From the NCBI GenBank assembly GCA_965649765.1, contig OZ287756.1, forward strand, positions 61,194,001 to 61,258,000: a DNA stretch of 64,000 nt. The letters are read 5' to 3'. Source of the stretch: Bispira polyomma (taxonomy: Eukaryota). Below are positions 50,816-64,000 of this stretch, piece by piece (position 1 is the first letter of the stretch; each line of letters starts with the position of its first letter). Made by a program: the position numbers and the translations under genes. Below the pieces are notes generated by a model. That model had not been told where the DNA came from, did not search any database, and was given only the letters and a program-made list of their open reading frames with translations.

Positions 50816-52477
50816 TAATTTATAAGTGATCTTGATACTTCAGATTTGCCACCCTTCGTAGTTATTATACTATTATTGATGGTCATTTAAGTGGATTATA
50901 CTTCCTGGAAACAGGGTATGAACTGTGTTACACAATTTATCTACATACATATATGTTAGTTGAAACCTTATCTCAGCAACAAGTATGTAGATATATATCA
51001 TTTCACCTGTCTATGTAAATTAATCACCCAGAAACAGGTCTAGTCAAAGTTTGGAGGAGTAAAACTATATATAGTGTCATCTATCATATATCAGTGTTCT
51101 AATATGTTTTTTTACGATTAGACAAATAGTATAAAACCAGAAGTACTTGAGGTAAGTGTACTTCTTTTAATTTACAGCCCATAACATTCAGTTAGCCAGT
51201 TATTGATTTATACCTATACAAAGGTTGACAATATGGAAGAAAGTCTCTACATAATCTTATCAGTTGGATAACATATATTGTTTGTTCTTTACACAACCTT
51301 ATCAGTTGGATTATACTATTTTTCCTCTTTTAACCCTTTAGACCCTGTTTGCCTCAAACAATGTTTGCAACAAATATTGATATACATTGTTAATTATAAA
51401 AGTTAAAGATTTCCAAAAATGATGAATCCCCAGAAGCACTGATTCTTTTTCAAAATGGAAGAGTCAATAACATATCACATTGTTGACAAAAAAAAAAATG
51501 ACCAGAGAGAAGATGGCTATACAAGAGAATAAGCTGAGACAAGTTCAGTTTGTGAAATTGTCGGAACGTTATTGTGTTACTTTGATCACTTTGTGTTTGT
51601 AATTAATGCTAAGTCTGTTGAAGTCAGAATTAGGTAAAATTGCCACAAATAACAAAGGAAGAGGAAATATATGACAGAATTCCCATGAAAGCAAGAATCT
51701 CGTCCAAAAATCTAGACATGCATGATATTGGAGGTAAAAAAGTTGGTTTACTGGAACCGATTGATTTCATGATAGTTTTGAAGGTGGTGCAGTTACGAGT
51801 GAGGATGATTTTTTAATAAATTTGGTTTTGAGCTAAAACCACAGCACCACCTTTCCCCACCAGGCGAGATTTATGTATAAACTGGAAGCTAGTGATCGCA
51901 TGAAAGAATTAACTTTATTTTGTCTGATATGTGTTTTAGTTACTCCTAGATTGTCGCTTATGATTGGCTCTTTGTTTCGTACTCAGCGACAATTGGCCAG
52001 ACCAAATTTTGTTGGGCATGGGTTAACGGCAATGTCACCAGATAGGAGAAGAACCAATTGATACGCTCTAACAGCCGGTGGAAAGAAGATCTATAGCCAG
52101 TATGTATAATGCATGGGGTATTAGGTATGTATTATTACCCAGGTATTATTCAGAATTACTGATGTCAGTGATCATCATGGTTATTAACTAAGGAGAATAC
52201 CATATATTTGAAGAACGATTTTGTCAGGGTTTCTTTTCAGCTGTACAATAGCCATACACGATTCAGCATATATACAAAACACTTGGTATTATTTGCCAAT
52301 TATTGCACAAAAATACAGCATTCATTTGAACAGATATTCGGCCTTGAGTCCTATCTGGCCATGAAAGGGTTAAAAAATTTCGAGTGTGGGCACATTTGAC
52401 TGAAAGTCATAACACGATAAAAGTACTTGGTTTTAACATCCTCTCACTGCCATGTATTATCTGTGTGTTACAGCACC

Positions 52478-53035
52478 ATGGAGGCAGTATTAATGAAAAG
52501 GTTTTTTGTGATGCTTGTCATATGTCTAACTTTACTAGTTGGGACACTATATTTCAGATTTAGTAAAGACTTGTCACAATTGATACATATTAAAAAGGCA
52601 AGAGAAACAAAAAATATACACATGATTTCTTATCCAAAAAAAGATTTGCAAATTCCAGCACACAAAAGAATATTTCAAATTTTGTATTGGACTGGGTCAT
52701 CAAAAGGAAGTCATAGTCCAAGGAACTGGTTTGGCCTTGGGTCTAAACCCTTTGATAAATGCGAGTATAGAAACTGTAACCTAACCGGGGACCGATCAGA
52801 CTACAACAATTCTGATGGAATACTGATCTACATGCGCTACGCCAAGCCATTGCCGACATACCGGTTTCCTTGGCAGAAATGGATAATGAGGATACATGAA
52901 TCACCAGCCAACGAACGGGACTACACAGAATACAATGGGGTTTTCAACGCCACATGGACTTACCACACCAAATCGGACATTTACTCCCACATTTACTACA
53001 GGCAGTTTGTCAGCAAGGCAGATGGAGACATCACG
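52478..53035 (+). CDS. Alpha-1,3/4-fucosyltransferase (GT10), coding exon 1
   Basis: ttacag|caccATGG; type II membrane anchor; ILYWT, CEYRNCNLT, QKWIMRIHESP, FNATWTYHTKSDI; donor ACG|GTAATA (phase 0). Confidence 0.92.
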
Positions 53036-53455
53036 GTAATATTTTATAAGTAATTACAAGCATTATACCATAGGATGGAATATAAATAATAAATTGTTAA
53101 TACAAAGATGAATTAAGACTGAAATATAAACGATCTCATATATTTAACAAACTACTTCTAACATAAATGAAATTTACATGGATTAATACAATTCATTTTA
53201 TATGATTCTAACATGACACGGCTGTGTCTGCGATTCTGATTGGTCAAAAACTTTGGTAAAATTCAATATTATAACTAAGGTATACATTGGCTGCTTTCAT
53301 CAGTAGTGTTTTGATGCCCAGTGAAAAATAGTCCTTCCATGAATGTGATATTGCAGTAAATATAGTAGGATTCAGCTAATTATTTTAATTTGTCATGTTA
53401 GAAGAAGAATAACCAACGATTTACACAGAATTTTAACGTTTTGGGAGGCACAGAC

Positions 53456-53719
53456 TTCGAATTTTAATTAGGAAATTTTTAACGTCCACTCCAGTACCTG
53501 TTTAGGTAATATTAGGATGGGTAGTTGGAAAGGCTGGAGGAAACACTGCATACAGTTGATCTAGGTTCAACACTGAAGCCAGTGGCCTACAGTAAGGAAC
53601 TATTGCCTTTCCCACATAGGCATCGACTGGAGTCGAACCCATGCAAGCCGATCCCAGAGGTGAGAGACCAGTGATTGAGAAGCACAGTGCTTGCTAACAA
53701 CTAAGCCATTGCAGCCCCC
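53456..53719 (-). mobile_element. Full-length SINE family 1 in the fucosyltransferase intron
   Basis: 14-bp TSD tgg(g/a)aggcacagac (53442-53455 / 53720-53733). Confidence 0.9.
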
Positions 53720-53982
53720 TGGAAGGCACAGACACACTCTGGCCTTGACTACATGTTGCTATGCGTCCAATCATGGAAAAAAATAACACACCAGGTTTGT
53801 TAAGGGTTATTTCTTAAATATATTTAAGTCCAATTATTCGAAGCCACTATAATGTACCCAAATATATACCCTGTGATGTGGTAGATTGTGTAAGGCCACC
53901 AGAATCTATATTGCGGTAGAATTGTGGATGTTGCCCGAAATTCTACCTCGACATAAAAAAATGCTGGGTGCTATAATTTCAG

Positions 53983-54603
53983 GCTTCACACCCGGTTGAC
54001 GTCAGCCATAAAGACAGGACCGTGGCCTGGTTTGTGGGTCGTTGCCCTGTGCAGAGCCAACGCAAGCGGCTAGTCGCACGCCTGAAGAACTATCTAGATG
54101 TGGACATCTATGGCAAATGTGGTCACTTAACTTGTGGGGCAAAGATGAACAAAGATTGTGACCGGATGCTTTCTACTAAGTACAAGTTTTATCTCTCATT
54201 TGAAAACAGCCTCTGTGAGCAATATGTGACCGAGAAACTCTGGAGGGCATATTCGAATAACGTTGTGCCAATCGTCATGGGGGCATCAAATTACTCCCCC
54301 TACTCCGCCTACCTCCCCGAACATTCTTATATAGACATCAGGAGTTTCTCCTCTGTCAAAGAACTGGCCGAGTACATCAAGGTACTTGATAAAAATGAAA
54401 CACTTTACATGGAGTATTTTGCATGGAAGAACAAATATGAGATAACAGGTTTCAAAGGGGGTGATGCCTGCCCATTGTGTAAGTTTATGAATACACAGTC
54501 AAATGTAACCAAAGTGTACAATACTTTAAACTTATTCTGGAACACAAAGAATGACTGTTTCCAGCCTGAAGTATATTACCAGAAGCTTTTTGCACAGTCT
54601 TAG
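53983..54603 (+). CDS. Alpha-1,3/4-fucosyltransferase (GT10), exon 2 (whole protein about 392 aa)
   Basis: tttcag acceptor in phase; VAWFVGRC, VDIYGKCG, YKFYLSFENSLCEQYVTEKLW (alpha-1,3-FucT motif). Confidence 0.95.
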   Translation, partial: ASHPVDVSHKDRTVAWFVGRCPVQSQRKRLVARLKNYLDVDIYGKCGHLTCGAKMNKDCDRMLSTKYKFYLSFENSLCEQYVTEKLWRAYSNNVVPIVMGASNYSPYSAYLPEHSYIDIRSFSSVKELAEYIKVLDKNETLYMEYFAWKNKYEITGFKGGDACPLCKFMNTQSNVTKVYNTLNLFWNTKNDCFQPEVYYQKLFAQS

Positions 54604-56723
54604 TTTGAGATATCTGGCTAAGATTGGTGTATGGTGTGTGTTTATGGTTTTGTCAGAACATAGTATGAAAATTTTAATCAAATTGTATTCATGTAGAATG
54701 CTGTGTTTATTATTAAACTTGACACTGTCCTGGAATAGTGTTCACAAAAAGTCTTAGGGTGTATGCTTGAATGTCATGCTTTATCTTAACTTTTGGTATA
54801 AACAGACTTGGACTTTTGTCTTAATCTTAGCAGGATTCACAAAGCAACTAAGCATTAGTTTAAGACAGGCAGGTGGTGGGTTTTTGCTTCATAGTAAAAG
54901 TCTCAGGATTTGTACCGCATGTTTTAAAAATAAACTATTGTACTTATACAATCCGTACACAAAAGTTAAACAATTAAATTCACATTTTGATATGAAAAAA
55001 CAAGCAATCAATACTGTAAAACCAAACAAAAATTAGTATAATACATAACATATTTTGAATCATACATTCTTAATTTTGTATTTATGTTTTTTACTTTGAA
55101 TTCTTTATTTAGGCCTTAGTAATTACATAGTATATATGTGTGGGTAATACTGCTGTATTTTATTGTAAATAACACAATGTAAAGTCTGACCCTTCTTTTG
55201 TGAGTCCAAAACTTAATTAAGACAAAAGTCTGAGACCTAAGACTTAGTTTAGCATAAGCTTGAATTAATGTAAGACCCTTTCATAAATGTTTCCATTTGA
55301 CAACAACCTTAGCAATATTTATCAATTCAGTTGCCAGTTCTAATAAAAAATACTAGATGTTCTATTATGATAAAAGGCACTTTGCTTTGAGATGGGGTAT
55401 ATATGTATTTTCTATGTTTCCAATTAAAATAGTATTATTAATCATATGCCTGGTTTCAAATATGTTTACTAGAATTGAGCCTATTATGATTCCTAGTAAA
55501 AATTTAACTTACATTGATATTTTAATTGCAAAATTGTCATTAGTAAAAAGCAATTCCAATAAACGTCTAAACCTTTGTTTTACTTTGTGTAACTGACTTC
55601 TAGCTAAAACTTCCATTGGTATAGTGTAGAAATAAAGTTCAAGGGCGAGTACTTTATTGGAGAATCAAGGACTGACTTACGGCGGAATAATGGACATTTG
55701 TACATGTACTTCTAACACTCATCAGTGAAAACCCAAAACACTATGTTATAATGTCATTACGTGAACAGGAAACAGGTAAAGGGTTGTACAGTGTCACACT
55801 ACAGGATGCAATGTTAATTTAACTTTTGTAAAAAGTGGATTTCATTCCTTTGTTTTGGGAACTAAACATAAACTAAGAAGGTAGGTAAGTGAAAATCATG
55901 TATTTTGAAGTAATTTAAAACTTGCACTAATCCTAATTAAATCCCGGATAGTCACAGTAAATGAGTTATTTATATTATTATTTTGATTAAATAAATAACT
56001 CTATATTGGTCAAGGGGGTTGAATCGCTTCAAACAGTATTGTTTTAGCACCAATTTCTAGCGTACATATAATTCATTAACTATGCAAAATACTTTAACAT
56101 GACATAAAACTTTACGTGGATTCAATTTCATGCACATTTTACTTTATTAAAGAAGTTTTGTAATGTTAAAGTAGTTACTTAGGTTTGTTCGAGTGTTTAA
56201 GAATGCCTTTTAAAGACTAGTTAATGTACAGTATGAGTCATTTGCATTTTATGCTTCATAGAATAATGCAATAAACTGGTCATAAAACCTGACCAACTGA
56301 TAAGGCAAAACAGGATTACAGGTATGTAATACCAATAAAGGATGGAAATTCAGCCCTTCTGTGTATGCCACCAAGATGTAGTTTGTGTGCAGTAGAGGTC
56401 ATCCAGGTACAACTTCAAACATTCTTATCAGTGTGTTGGATTATTGGGCCATCTCTACCAGTAAAAAACCTATGGGGCTATCAACGAAAACACACAAATG
56501 CGCTAATGGGTTATGGTCAACTTGAAGACTGTGTGCTTGTGATATTGTAATGCTATTTCTCGTTTGTATAACAACTACGATGACTTTGAATGTATACGTT
56601 AGTAAGATTTTGTCTATAAAATTGTTTTTATTGTGACATAATACGGTTATTATTCTAGATTATATGATTATATTATGTATACTATTTGCTTTTAGAAAAC
56701 GTATTTTATTATTTTTAATGGTT

Positions 56724-56727
<4 letters not shown>

Positions 56728-56805
<78 letters not shown>
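56728..56805. repeat. (TA)n microsatellite
   Basis: Direct inspection. Confidence 0.97.
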
Positions 56806-56807
<2 letters not shown>

Positions 56808-57948
56808 CCATACTATATGCATAATAGTAAAATAATATGTATAAAATATATGCATTATGTAATATCAAGTTTAAGTTTAGAGATAATTATCTAAGGTAAA
56901 AAATCATTACTTTCCTTGTTTACATTTATATTGGCTGTAAGTGTTAATGGTGTTTTCTGCTTGTTTTAATCACTTAAAAATAACCTGACGGACTAGGATG
57001 CTACTGATTTGTCCTCTTTTGTGATAAAATTTTGAAATATGCTTCACTCTGGAAACGTACCTATTATATTAACTGTATATATTATTCGTCAACATATAGG
57101 TACCTTTATGTTAACCATAAGTTTATAGAAAATATTTTTATTAATTTCAAATGATGTCACACGTTAAGGTGGTCGTAAAATTGGTATGTTAACTTCACTT
57201 GGGAGTTAAGGCAATCTCAATTTAAAAGTGTACTTAACTGGAACAGTTAAGTTTATCGTAAACTCATGTTACAATCGTAAACTTAATCCGAACCTGGGAT
57301 GTTAAGATAATCGTGAACCGTAATAGTAGATAGAAAGGATAAATCTATCAATTTGTATAATCAGAAATGGCGACCAATAATGAGTTAATTTTTGTGACTT
57401 AGTTCTGTTGTTGTTTTGTTTTAATATGTCAGCGTCTTTTTTCATATGTTTTATATCTTTTTGCCAAAAAAAAAAAAATAAAATAATTTTTCTACAATAA
57501 ATAAATCTAACATTTGTGAACAGGATAAATAGAGACTTTTTTAGACAAGTTTTTTAGACATACATATGAACGGTAGTTCTATATCTTTTCTTTTGGTTTC
57601 ATATCTAAAAACGCTTTCTGTGAGATGTGACAAATTGTGAATACCATAGAGAGAGGTTTTCTAACCCCATTACTCTATCTGTTTGTTTTTGTTTTTTTTT
57701 GTTTTTTTTTTTGTGTGTGTGGACTTTTAAACGGGGAAATAAAAAAAAATTAAATGGAAAAAAAAATAAATTAAATTATCGTAAACCAAAGTTAGTCACT
57801 AAACTAAATGGCCAAAGGTTGAGGTGTAAACACATTCCAGTATTTAATCCTTTGCATATGTATATATACAAAGTAATGCTATCATGTGTGCTTTCTCTAC
57901 GAGTTTTTTTACCTGGGTATGCTCCAGACTGTTGCCCTTATATTTCAA

Positions 57949-58160
57949 AGCCCTCGTGGTCTAATGGTTAGGGTTTTGGTTTGATGATCAGAAGGTCCCC
58001 GGTTCTATTCCCGATACCGACCACTAGTTTCATTTGGTGGGGTAACTTTCTTGGGTAAGATGTAAACACAAGTGTGCCTAGTGGCTCAGATTACCACTTA
58101 AAATGGAGGTCCTCTGTCACTGAGTAATATCTCCAATGGCAGATTAAAGATCATTTGGGA
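57949..58160 (+). mobile_element. tRNA-derived SINE, family 2
   Basis: A-box tggtctaatgg, B-box ggttctattcc, body with cttgggtaaga; related copies at 39670-39775 (+) and 60575-60755 (-). Confidence 0.8.
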
Positions 58161-59295
58161 TGTTGAACAATGGTCATCCCAAAGTAAGCCTCGGCGCCCA
58201 TAGTGGCAGCCCATGATGAAGTTCATTTAAAAGGATGCTGTGTTCTGTAAGTGTGCTGTAACAAATGCCCTATTTCGAATCATTTGTAGCAACTCTTTAG
58301 AACATGATACTGTAGTCATGATGTTCTGTTTTTATATTATGTATGCAAGAAATGCGTTATCCAGACCTCAAAATCTAAAAAATTATAAAAGTGAGTCAGA
58401 TTTTTTTTTTTTTGTTAAGTTAACTATTCACTCAGGAGCATCAAAGTTAAAAACAAGTCTCGCTTTTGTGAGCTTGGGTCACACTTTGGCGATTTACAAT
58501 TAACATCTCAGAAAGATGATAAAGTGATTAGGATTGCCGGTCATCGCCCCTTGATTTAATTTAGAATCGCCTTGGTAGCTGCCTTTGGGCAACAATTTCC
58601 AAATCAACGTAATTTCGCCCATAGATTGCTCGCTGCAGGTCATATTAGAATTACCAGGGTTCAGTTGACCACATATCGCCATTGAAAATATTGCAAAGCA
58701 GTTGAGCAAAGATCGGTTATGCTATGTTGGTTGACTGTATTGGTCGCCCTGTGATTGCACAATTTGATACACATTATAATAACTGAAGCATTTGTAGCAT
58801 GCGAAATTGATGAATAAACATCCTCTAAGGCGCTGATATCCAAAAAAGGGAAGGTCCAGGGGCGAGCAGAAATCGTTACCAAAAGAATCTGGGGGATTGG
58901 GTTTACTGCCAATGTTCATTGTTGAACTTAAAAGCAAATAGTAAACAAGAACAATTAAATCCAAAAAAATGAATGCTACATATATTATATATGAGGCCCT
59001 TAAGTTTGGCCTAAACCTATTTATAGTAGTAACAAATATGTTTAAAAAACATATATATATATATGTGCAATCGATTGATGAACCCAAATTTTTCTATATT
59101 GACATTATGTCTATAAACGATATTCCTATAAACATGGTTCATGTTAGCCGTATTTGGCATTTTAAATTGTTTTAACTGGATTGATCCATTGGATTCTGGC
59201 CACTAAAGTGCAAACTGTTGGCACGTTTAGTGTGATATATGGCTAGTATGCATGTATGCTGAAAACACCATATCAACTGAATTTCCCATATCTTA

Positions 59296-59795
59296 AGTCC
59301 TGGTCACACTGAGCAGGTTGATGTTTACATTCGTTTCGAGTTTTTAAAACAAACATAAGCAAACAGCAAAAAAACAAAGTGAAGTTTGGGAAACCTAAAA
59401 ATAGGCTGTTTTATACACGTGGTCTACATGTTTGTAAATGCATTTAAAACATTTTAATAGCTGTTTTAATTATATTTGTACTGTTAGCCACTCTTATAAA
59501 TAGGTTAGCCACGTTTCTAAAAACGTTAGCCATGTTTCTAAACACGTTTAATCTCCTTCTCTCTCTCGTCACCCTTGTTTTAAATATGTTGCATTCACTC
59601 CATCCACCTTTTTATGTTTCTGGTTACCATTGGGATGTGTAGTTTTGCTTACTGCCGTCAATATTACTCACACATGCTTATTTTTACTGACGTATGCTAC
59701 CTCCACTATGCAAATGCTTACTTTTCACCTTACGTTTGCTACTTTTGGCCATTTTTTTAGCGTAATCGAAACATAGGCCCAGTGTGACTAGGGCA
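59296..59795. mobile_element. PIF/Harbinger-like MITE with TTA TSD
   Basis: agtcctggtcacactg...cagtgtgactagggca flanked by TTA on both sides. Confidence 0.75.
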
Positions 59796-60134
59796 TTATA
59801 CTTTGATGTAGTTTTGTTAAGGGTAGGTGTATTTCCTGCTGTATCTGTGTATAAATGCTCACTACATATATTTTTAATGATTTGCAAAATAATTCACTTG
59901 AAATGAATGGGGACATATCTAGGTTAATCCCAACAAAAAGTCAATCTATCAATGTGATATTCAGCATGGCTTCAGGTAGATGGTAAAATAATATACACAG
60001 CAATATACACAGCAATATACACAGCCACCATGAAGTGTTTGTATTTGATAAGAAGTCATGATATATACATGCAACACCTCTCCCCTGTTTACATACATGT
60101 CAGCTCAAGTATTGAGGTATTTTTAGTAACTCTG

Positions 60135-60241
60135 AGCCCGTATTCACGAAGGGACTTAGCCAAGTCCTACGCCTAAATCTAGCACAAAAGTATACTGATT
60201 TAAGCCTGAGACTTGGCTAAGTCCCTTCGTGACTAAGGGAC
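60135..60241. mobile_element. Small hairpin MITE (about 107 bp)
   Basis: tcacgaagggacttagccaagtc perfectly inverted with gacttggctaagtcccttcgtga. Confidence 0.75.
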
Positions 60242-60574
60242 ATTAAGAAATGTAATGGGCAGATACAAAGTAATATTTCTTTAAAACGATTTCTGGGGGA
60301 TGGACGTGACACAATTTGTACATATACATTTAATAGTATCTTCCAGCCCCACAGTTGACATTTGACTTTTATCAGTTCAAGTTTGAACACATATCTCAGG
60401 AACCGTAATCATAATCAGACTTATACTCAGCACATATATCTAGATTCATCCGGTATTCAGAGCGATAATTAACCCTTTCCTGACTGTTACAGTCAACTGC
60501 CTCAGTTACTGTCACTCCCCTACCTGACAAGAGAGGCTTGAGGATTACCATTTATCAACGTCCCCAAGGATCTT

Positions 60575-60755
60575 TAGGCTGCCACTGGGGATAGGACCCA
60601 GTAGCAGAGGACTGCTATTTTAAGTAGTCATCCAAGTCACCAGGTAAATGTGTGTAAACATCTCACCCAATGATGTTATCTCACCAATGAAACTAATGGC
60701 TGGTACCGGGAAAGGAACCCGGGACCTTCTGATCAACAGACCAACTCCCTAACCA
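60575..60755 (-). mobile_element. SINE family 2 copy
   Basis: Reverse complement of 57949-58130 (gggaccttctgatca...ccctaacca). Confidence 0.75.
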
Positions 60756-62149
60756 CAATTGCAAATTTTAGTGTTGGGTAAAATTGATTTCATCCTCACA
60801 AAAAATAATACAACCACTTAAGGTAACAAAAATAAAGGCTTTCCTGAGTAATATTAGTCAGTTTATTTTTTATTAGAAAACCATTTTAGATACAAACACT
60901 ATATATTAATGTAATGATGATAAGCTCCCCAAATAGACACAGTTGTCCTTTTTTAAATTATAACTGCTACTCTTGTTTGTCCATACAGCAGAACCTCGAT
61001 TATCTGACCATATTGGGGGGTGAATATATCATTTTATTGTAATAACAGAACATGACTGAAATAGAACAGACATTTAAGGTCAAAATAAAAGGACAGTAAA
61101 CATTTAGGTGATTAAAAAAAACGTTCACTAGATATATTAATTCGAAAAATAGAAGTTTGGATAATGTAGGTTTTATTGTATTCACTTAACCCACCATGGG
61201 CAAGCAAAAATTGCTATTTTAACTTTTCTAAAAATTTGAATTGTACAATATGTCACAATATATGCAACTTCTTACCATGTCAGTTACTTTGGTTAAACTT
61301 ATATATGTAAGAGGTAAATTTGTTTCATATCAATGTACAAACAAAATGCAAACATACTATTATGTATAACTTTTATATACGTTAAATCTTTGACACTTGA
61401 AATCGAAATCTGACTTAGGTTTCTTGTAAAACATACTCTTTTGCTGAAATGCAAATATATTGTATTCCCAAATGTTTTTGCACCCCTTTTCAAATCAAAA
61501 CTTGTCTTTTGTAAATAAAAATGCTTAACTTTTTATATAATTCTCAAAATTAACCATCTACAAGATTACATGATTTATTCATCAAATAAAAAAACATATT
61601 GAATCAAAATGTCAACAATACTTTTAAGAGACACACTTTTAGCTGATTTAATCAAACTATTTTATGTGGTTTTCTCTGTTTTTCCAAGCAAACAAAATAT
61701 ATACTAGAAATGTTCATGAACACTATGTATACAAAGTATCTGAGCCGAGAAATGTCCCTGGTATAATGCATTGCATCTCAACCTCATTCAAATAAGGGAT
61801 AGGTTAGAAGCACTGTCATAAACAACTGTATTATTACATCAGATACATCTTCACTACAAAGTTGGTGCTTTTGTGAAAAAAATAATGTTTCCCCACAAGA
61901 AACAAATTGAGTCAGACAGTCAAAATATATTGATATAACGGATTAACAAATAAAGTACCAAACTCCCAAAATTGAACATTAAATCCAGTAACACTATAAT
62001 ATTGAGAGACAATTGCAAAATGTTAGTAAATACACAATAAAATACAAATTTAAGACCTTAATATTGTAAAAAACTACTGTCTGATTTCGTCCCTTCCACA
62101 ATCTATACCCAATGTGGGAAAGGTGTTGTATTGCTTGTGTCATTTTTTT

Positions 62150-63044
62150 TTACCTGGTGTTGGCGTCACTTGTCTTGTCAGGCAGCGCCACTTGACCTAT
62201 GACGATGAATGACTGGCAGTCACAGATGTTTGTCAATGAGTTACAGCGGGGATACTTGCCAAAGGGGCAGGGTCCTGCACAGGCCTTGTGGGGGAGGCCT
62301 GTGCAGTCGCCGCCCTGCCTCACCTTGGCACGGCACCGGCACGCCGTTGTGTCGCACCACAGGATGGACGAGCCGCACTGGGAGTTGCCGAAGCAGAACC
62401 TGGGCCGGCGCCGGCACTGGTAATAGTAGTTGGTGTAGTGGTTGCTCATTCCGTGGGCATTGATCACGTTATCGAAGGGCTGCATGGGTGAGTTCCACTC
62501 ATGGGCCAGGCCGCCGCCCGAGCCGATGTTGTCGCCATGGGCAATGCTGGAGGGGTACTCCGTTTCGGGGTCCGTCTCCTGGTGGTGGCGGCGGAAGTCC
62601 TCCCAGATGCAGTCCACAAAGGCGTGGTGCATGTAGAAGATGGGGTCACTGGGTGCACAGGTCACGCTCGCCATGTGGCCATTGACGAACACGTGCACGG
62701 AGCCGTGCCGGTTCTCCAAGTAGCAGTCCTCGTTGCACGAGATGTCCTTGAAGCACTGCTTGCCGTTCACGTAGTTGATGTTGGAGTCACTCAACAGGTA
62801 GGAGTTGCCCATGCTGCCGGTCATCGTGTTCCGCCTCAGCTTTGTGTTGCTGCCGCTATGGCATTCAGGTACGACGTCCCAGCCTCCCGCGGGCCCACTA
62901 ATTACATTGCCGTCGTTGTTGCCCATGTATGAGGATGTCCAGAGGGCAGAGGCTGAGGGGTCGGGAAGACTCTGATCTAAGGTGGAGTCCCAGTAAGGAA
63001 GGCCCGGACCAGAGAATCCATACTCAAACAGGGTGTTCTCATAT
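62150..63044 (-). CDS. Tyrosinase (type-3 copper protein), 3' exon with CuB site and Cys-rich tail; upstream exons not located in the window
   Basis: Acceptor ttttacag at 63045-63046; LPYWDSTLD, LENRHGSVH...HMASVTCAPSDPIFYMHHAFVDCIW (CuB); Cys-rich C-terminal module. Confidence 0.92.
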
Positions 63045-64000
63045 CTGTAAAAGGAAAAAAAGATAGGAAAAGCAAATTGAATTGCATTGTATTGTGAATT
63101 TTTAACTATTAATTTTAACTATCTCTTGTAGGACATATTTTGAAGCTCAACATCATCAATATGGAAAGCAAATTTGAATTGTATTCTGAATTTTCAATTT
63201 TTTTTTTTTTTTTAGTTTAACTATCTGATGTTAGATATCTTTCAAGTTGAAGACTTTTGTCTTCACTTTTAGGAAAAAAAATACTATAGACTTTCGGGAG
63301 GCTGGGACGTAGTGGTATTCAGAAAGCAGTTAAGCCTAAGTTTTAGCTTAAAGAAAACTAGTATAACACCTGACATATTTTGAACCATACATAATTTGAA
63401 TGGGACGTAGCCAGTCTAAATTAAAAAAAAATTTTACTCCGGGAAGTTCATACAAGCCTAAATAATTATATAGTATTTTATAAAAATTAAGACTTTTGTC
63501 TTAACATAGTCTTAGCTAAGTCACCTTTTGTGAGTACCATTTTAAACAAAAATTAGCTGAGCCAAAGGTCTATGATTTAAGACTGGGCTTAACCTAAAAT
63601 TTGGCTTAGTTTAAGACTTAGAACAGTACAATTTAAGGCAAAAAATACATGCGGCTGTTATTAAATGTCAGTGTGCGGCTGCAACTATGTGAGAATTGTT
63701 ACCCCAGAAGTTTTACTTTTTATCAGTCATAATGACGTTAATTATAATCTTCATACATAGTCAATCTGTCTCCATTATTTTGCAATAGAAATATTCATAT
63801 ATTTCCCAAAGATAATATTTCCCCAAATGATCATTATGAGTCGATCAAGGGTCCTTCTAATGATGAAACCAGCTACCTAACCACTAGACCACATAATACA
63901 TCAACTATGGTATGGTTTTAATGTATACAAACTCCACCTACATAAAGTCAATGTGTAATGTAGCTTGTAGGGGCTGGCAGGGTCACTGCTAAGAAGTAAA

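Noticed and set aside
51334-52369. Possible piggyBac-like element (TTAA-CCCTTT...AAAGGG-TTAA)
   Set aside because: Only about 6 bp of inverted match and no recognisable transposase; the two ends may belong to different elements.
62199-62932. Several overlapping plus-strand ORFs
   Set aside because: Antisense shadows of the GC3-rich tyrosinase exon. The same applies to 22182-22598 and 28892-29362 over the BTB genes.

Overview
AT-rich animal genomic DNA, most likely a lophotrochozoan such as a mollusc (inferred from the tyrosinase type, GT92/GT10 genes and repeat classes). Host genes: a 4-exon ankyrin-repeat/SOCS-box gene (+), two tandem BTB-domain genes (-; one frameshifted in a homopolymer), a GT92-like pseudogene (-), a 2-exon alpha-1,3-fucosyltransferase (+) and the 3' part of a tyrosinase (-). 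The window is dense in mobile DNA. The main element is a complete but mutationally inactivated tyrosine-recombinase (DIRS-order, Ngaro-like) retrotransposon (about 2045-8454) with A1..B1A2..B2 split direct repeats. It sits in the duplicated 3' UTR of a LINE, whose second copy preserves the empty target site. Three more YR-retroelement relics, a solo LTR, LINE fragments, two tRNA-SINE families and several MITEs are also present. The most interesting signal is a set of phase-matched splice sites in the YR retrotransposon. They would join a basic Gag leader to the recombinase, and Gag to RT/RNase H, and both donors recur at equivalent positions in a diverged second copy. This suggests a retrovirus-like spliced expression programme, which is an inference that needs RNA data. 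No CRISPR array, rRNA or genuine tRNA gene was seen. Coordinates were counted by hand and may be off by a few bases.
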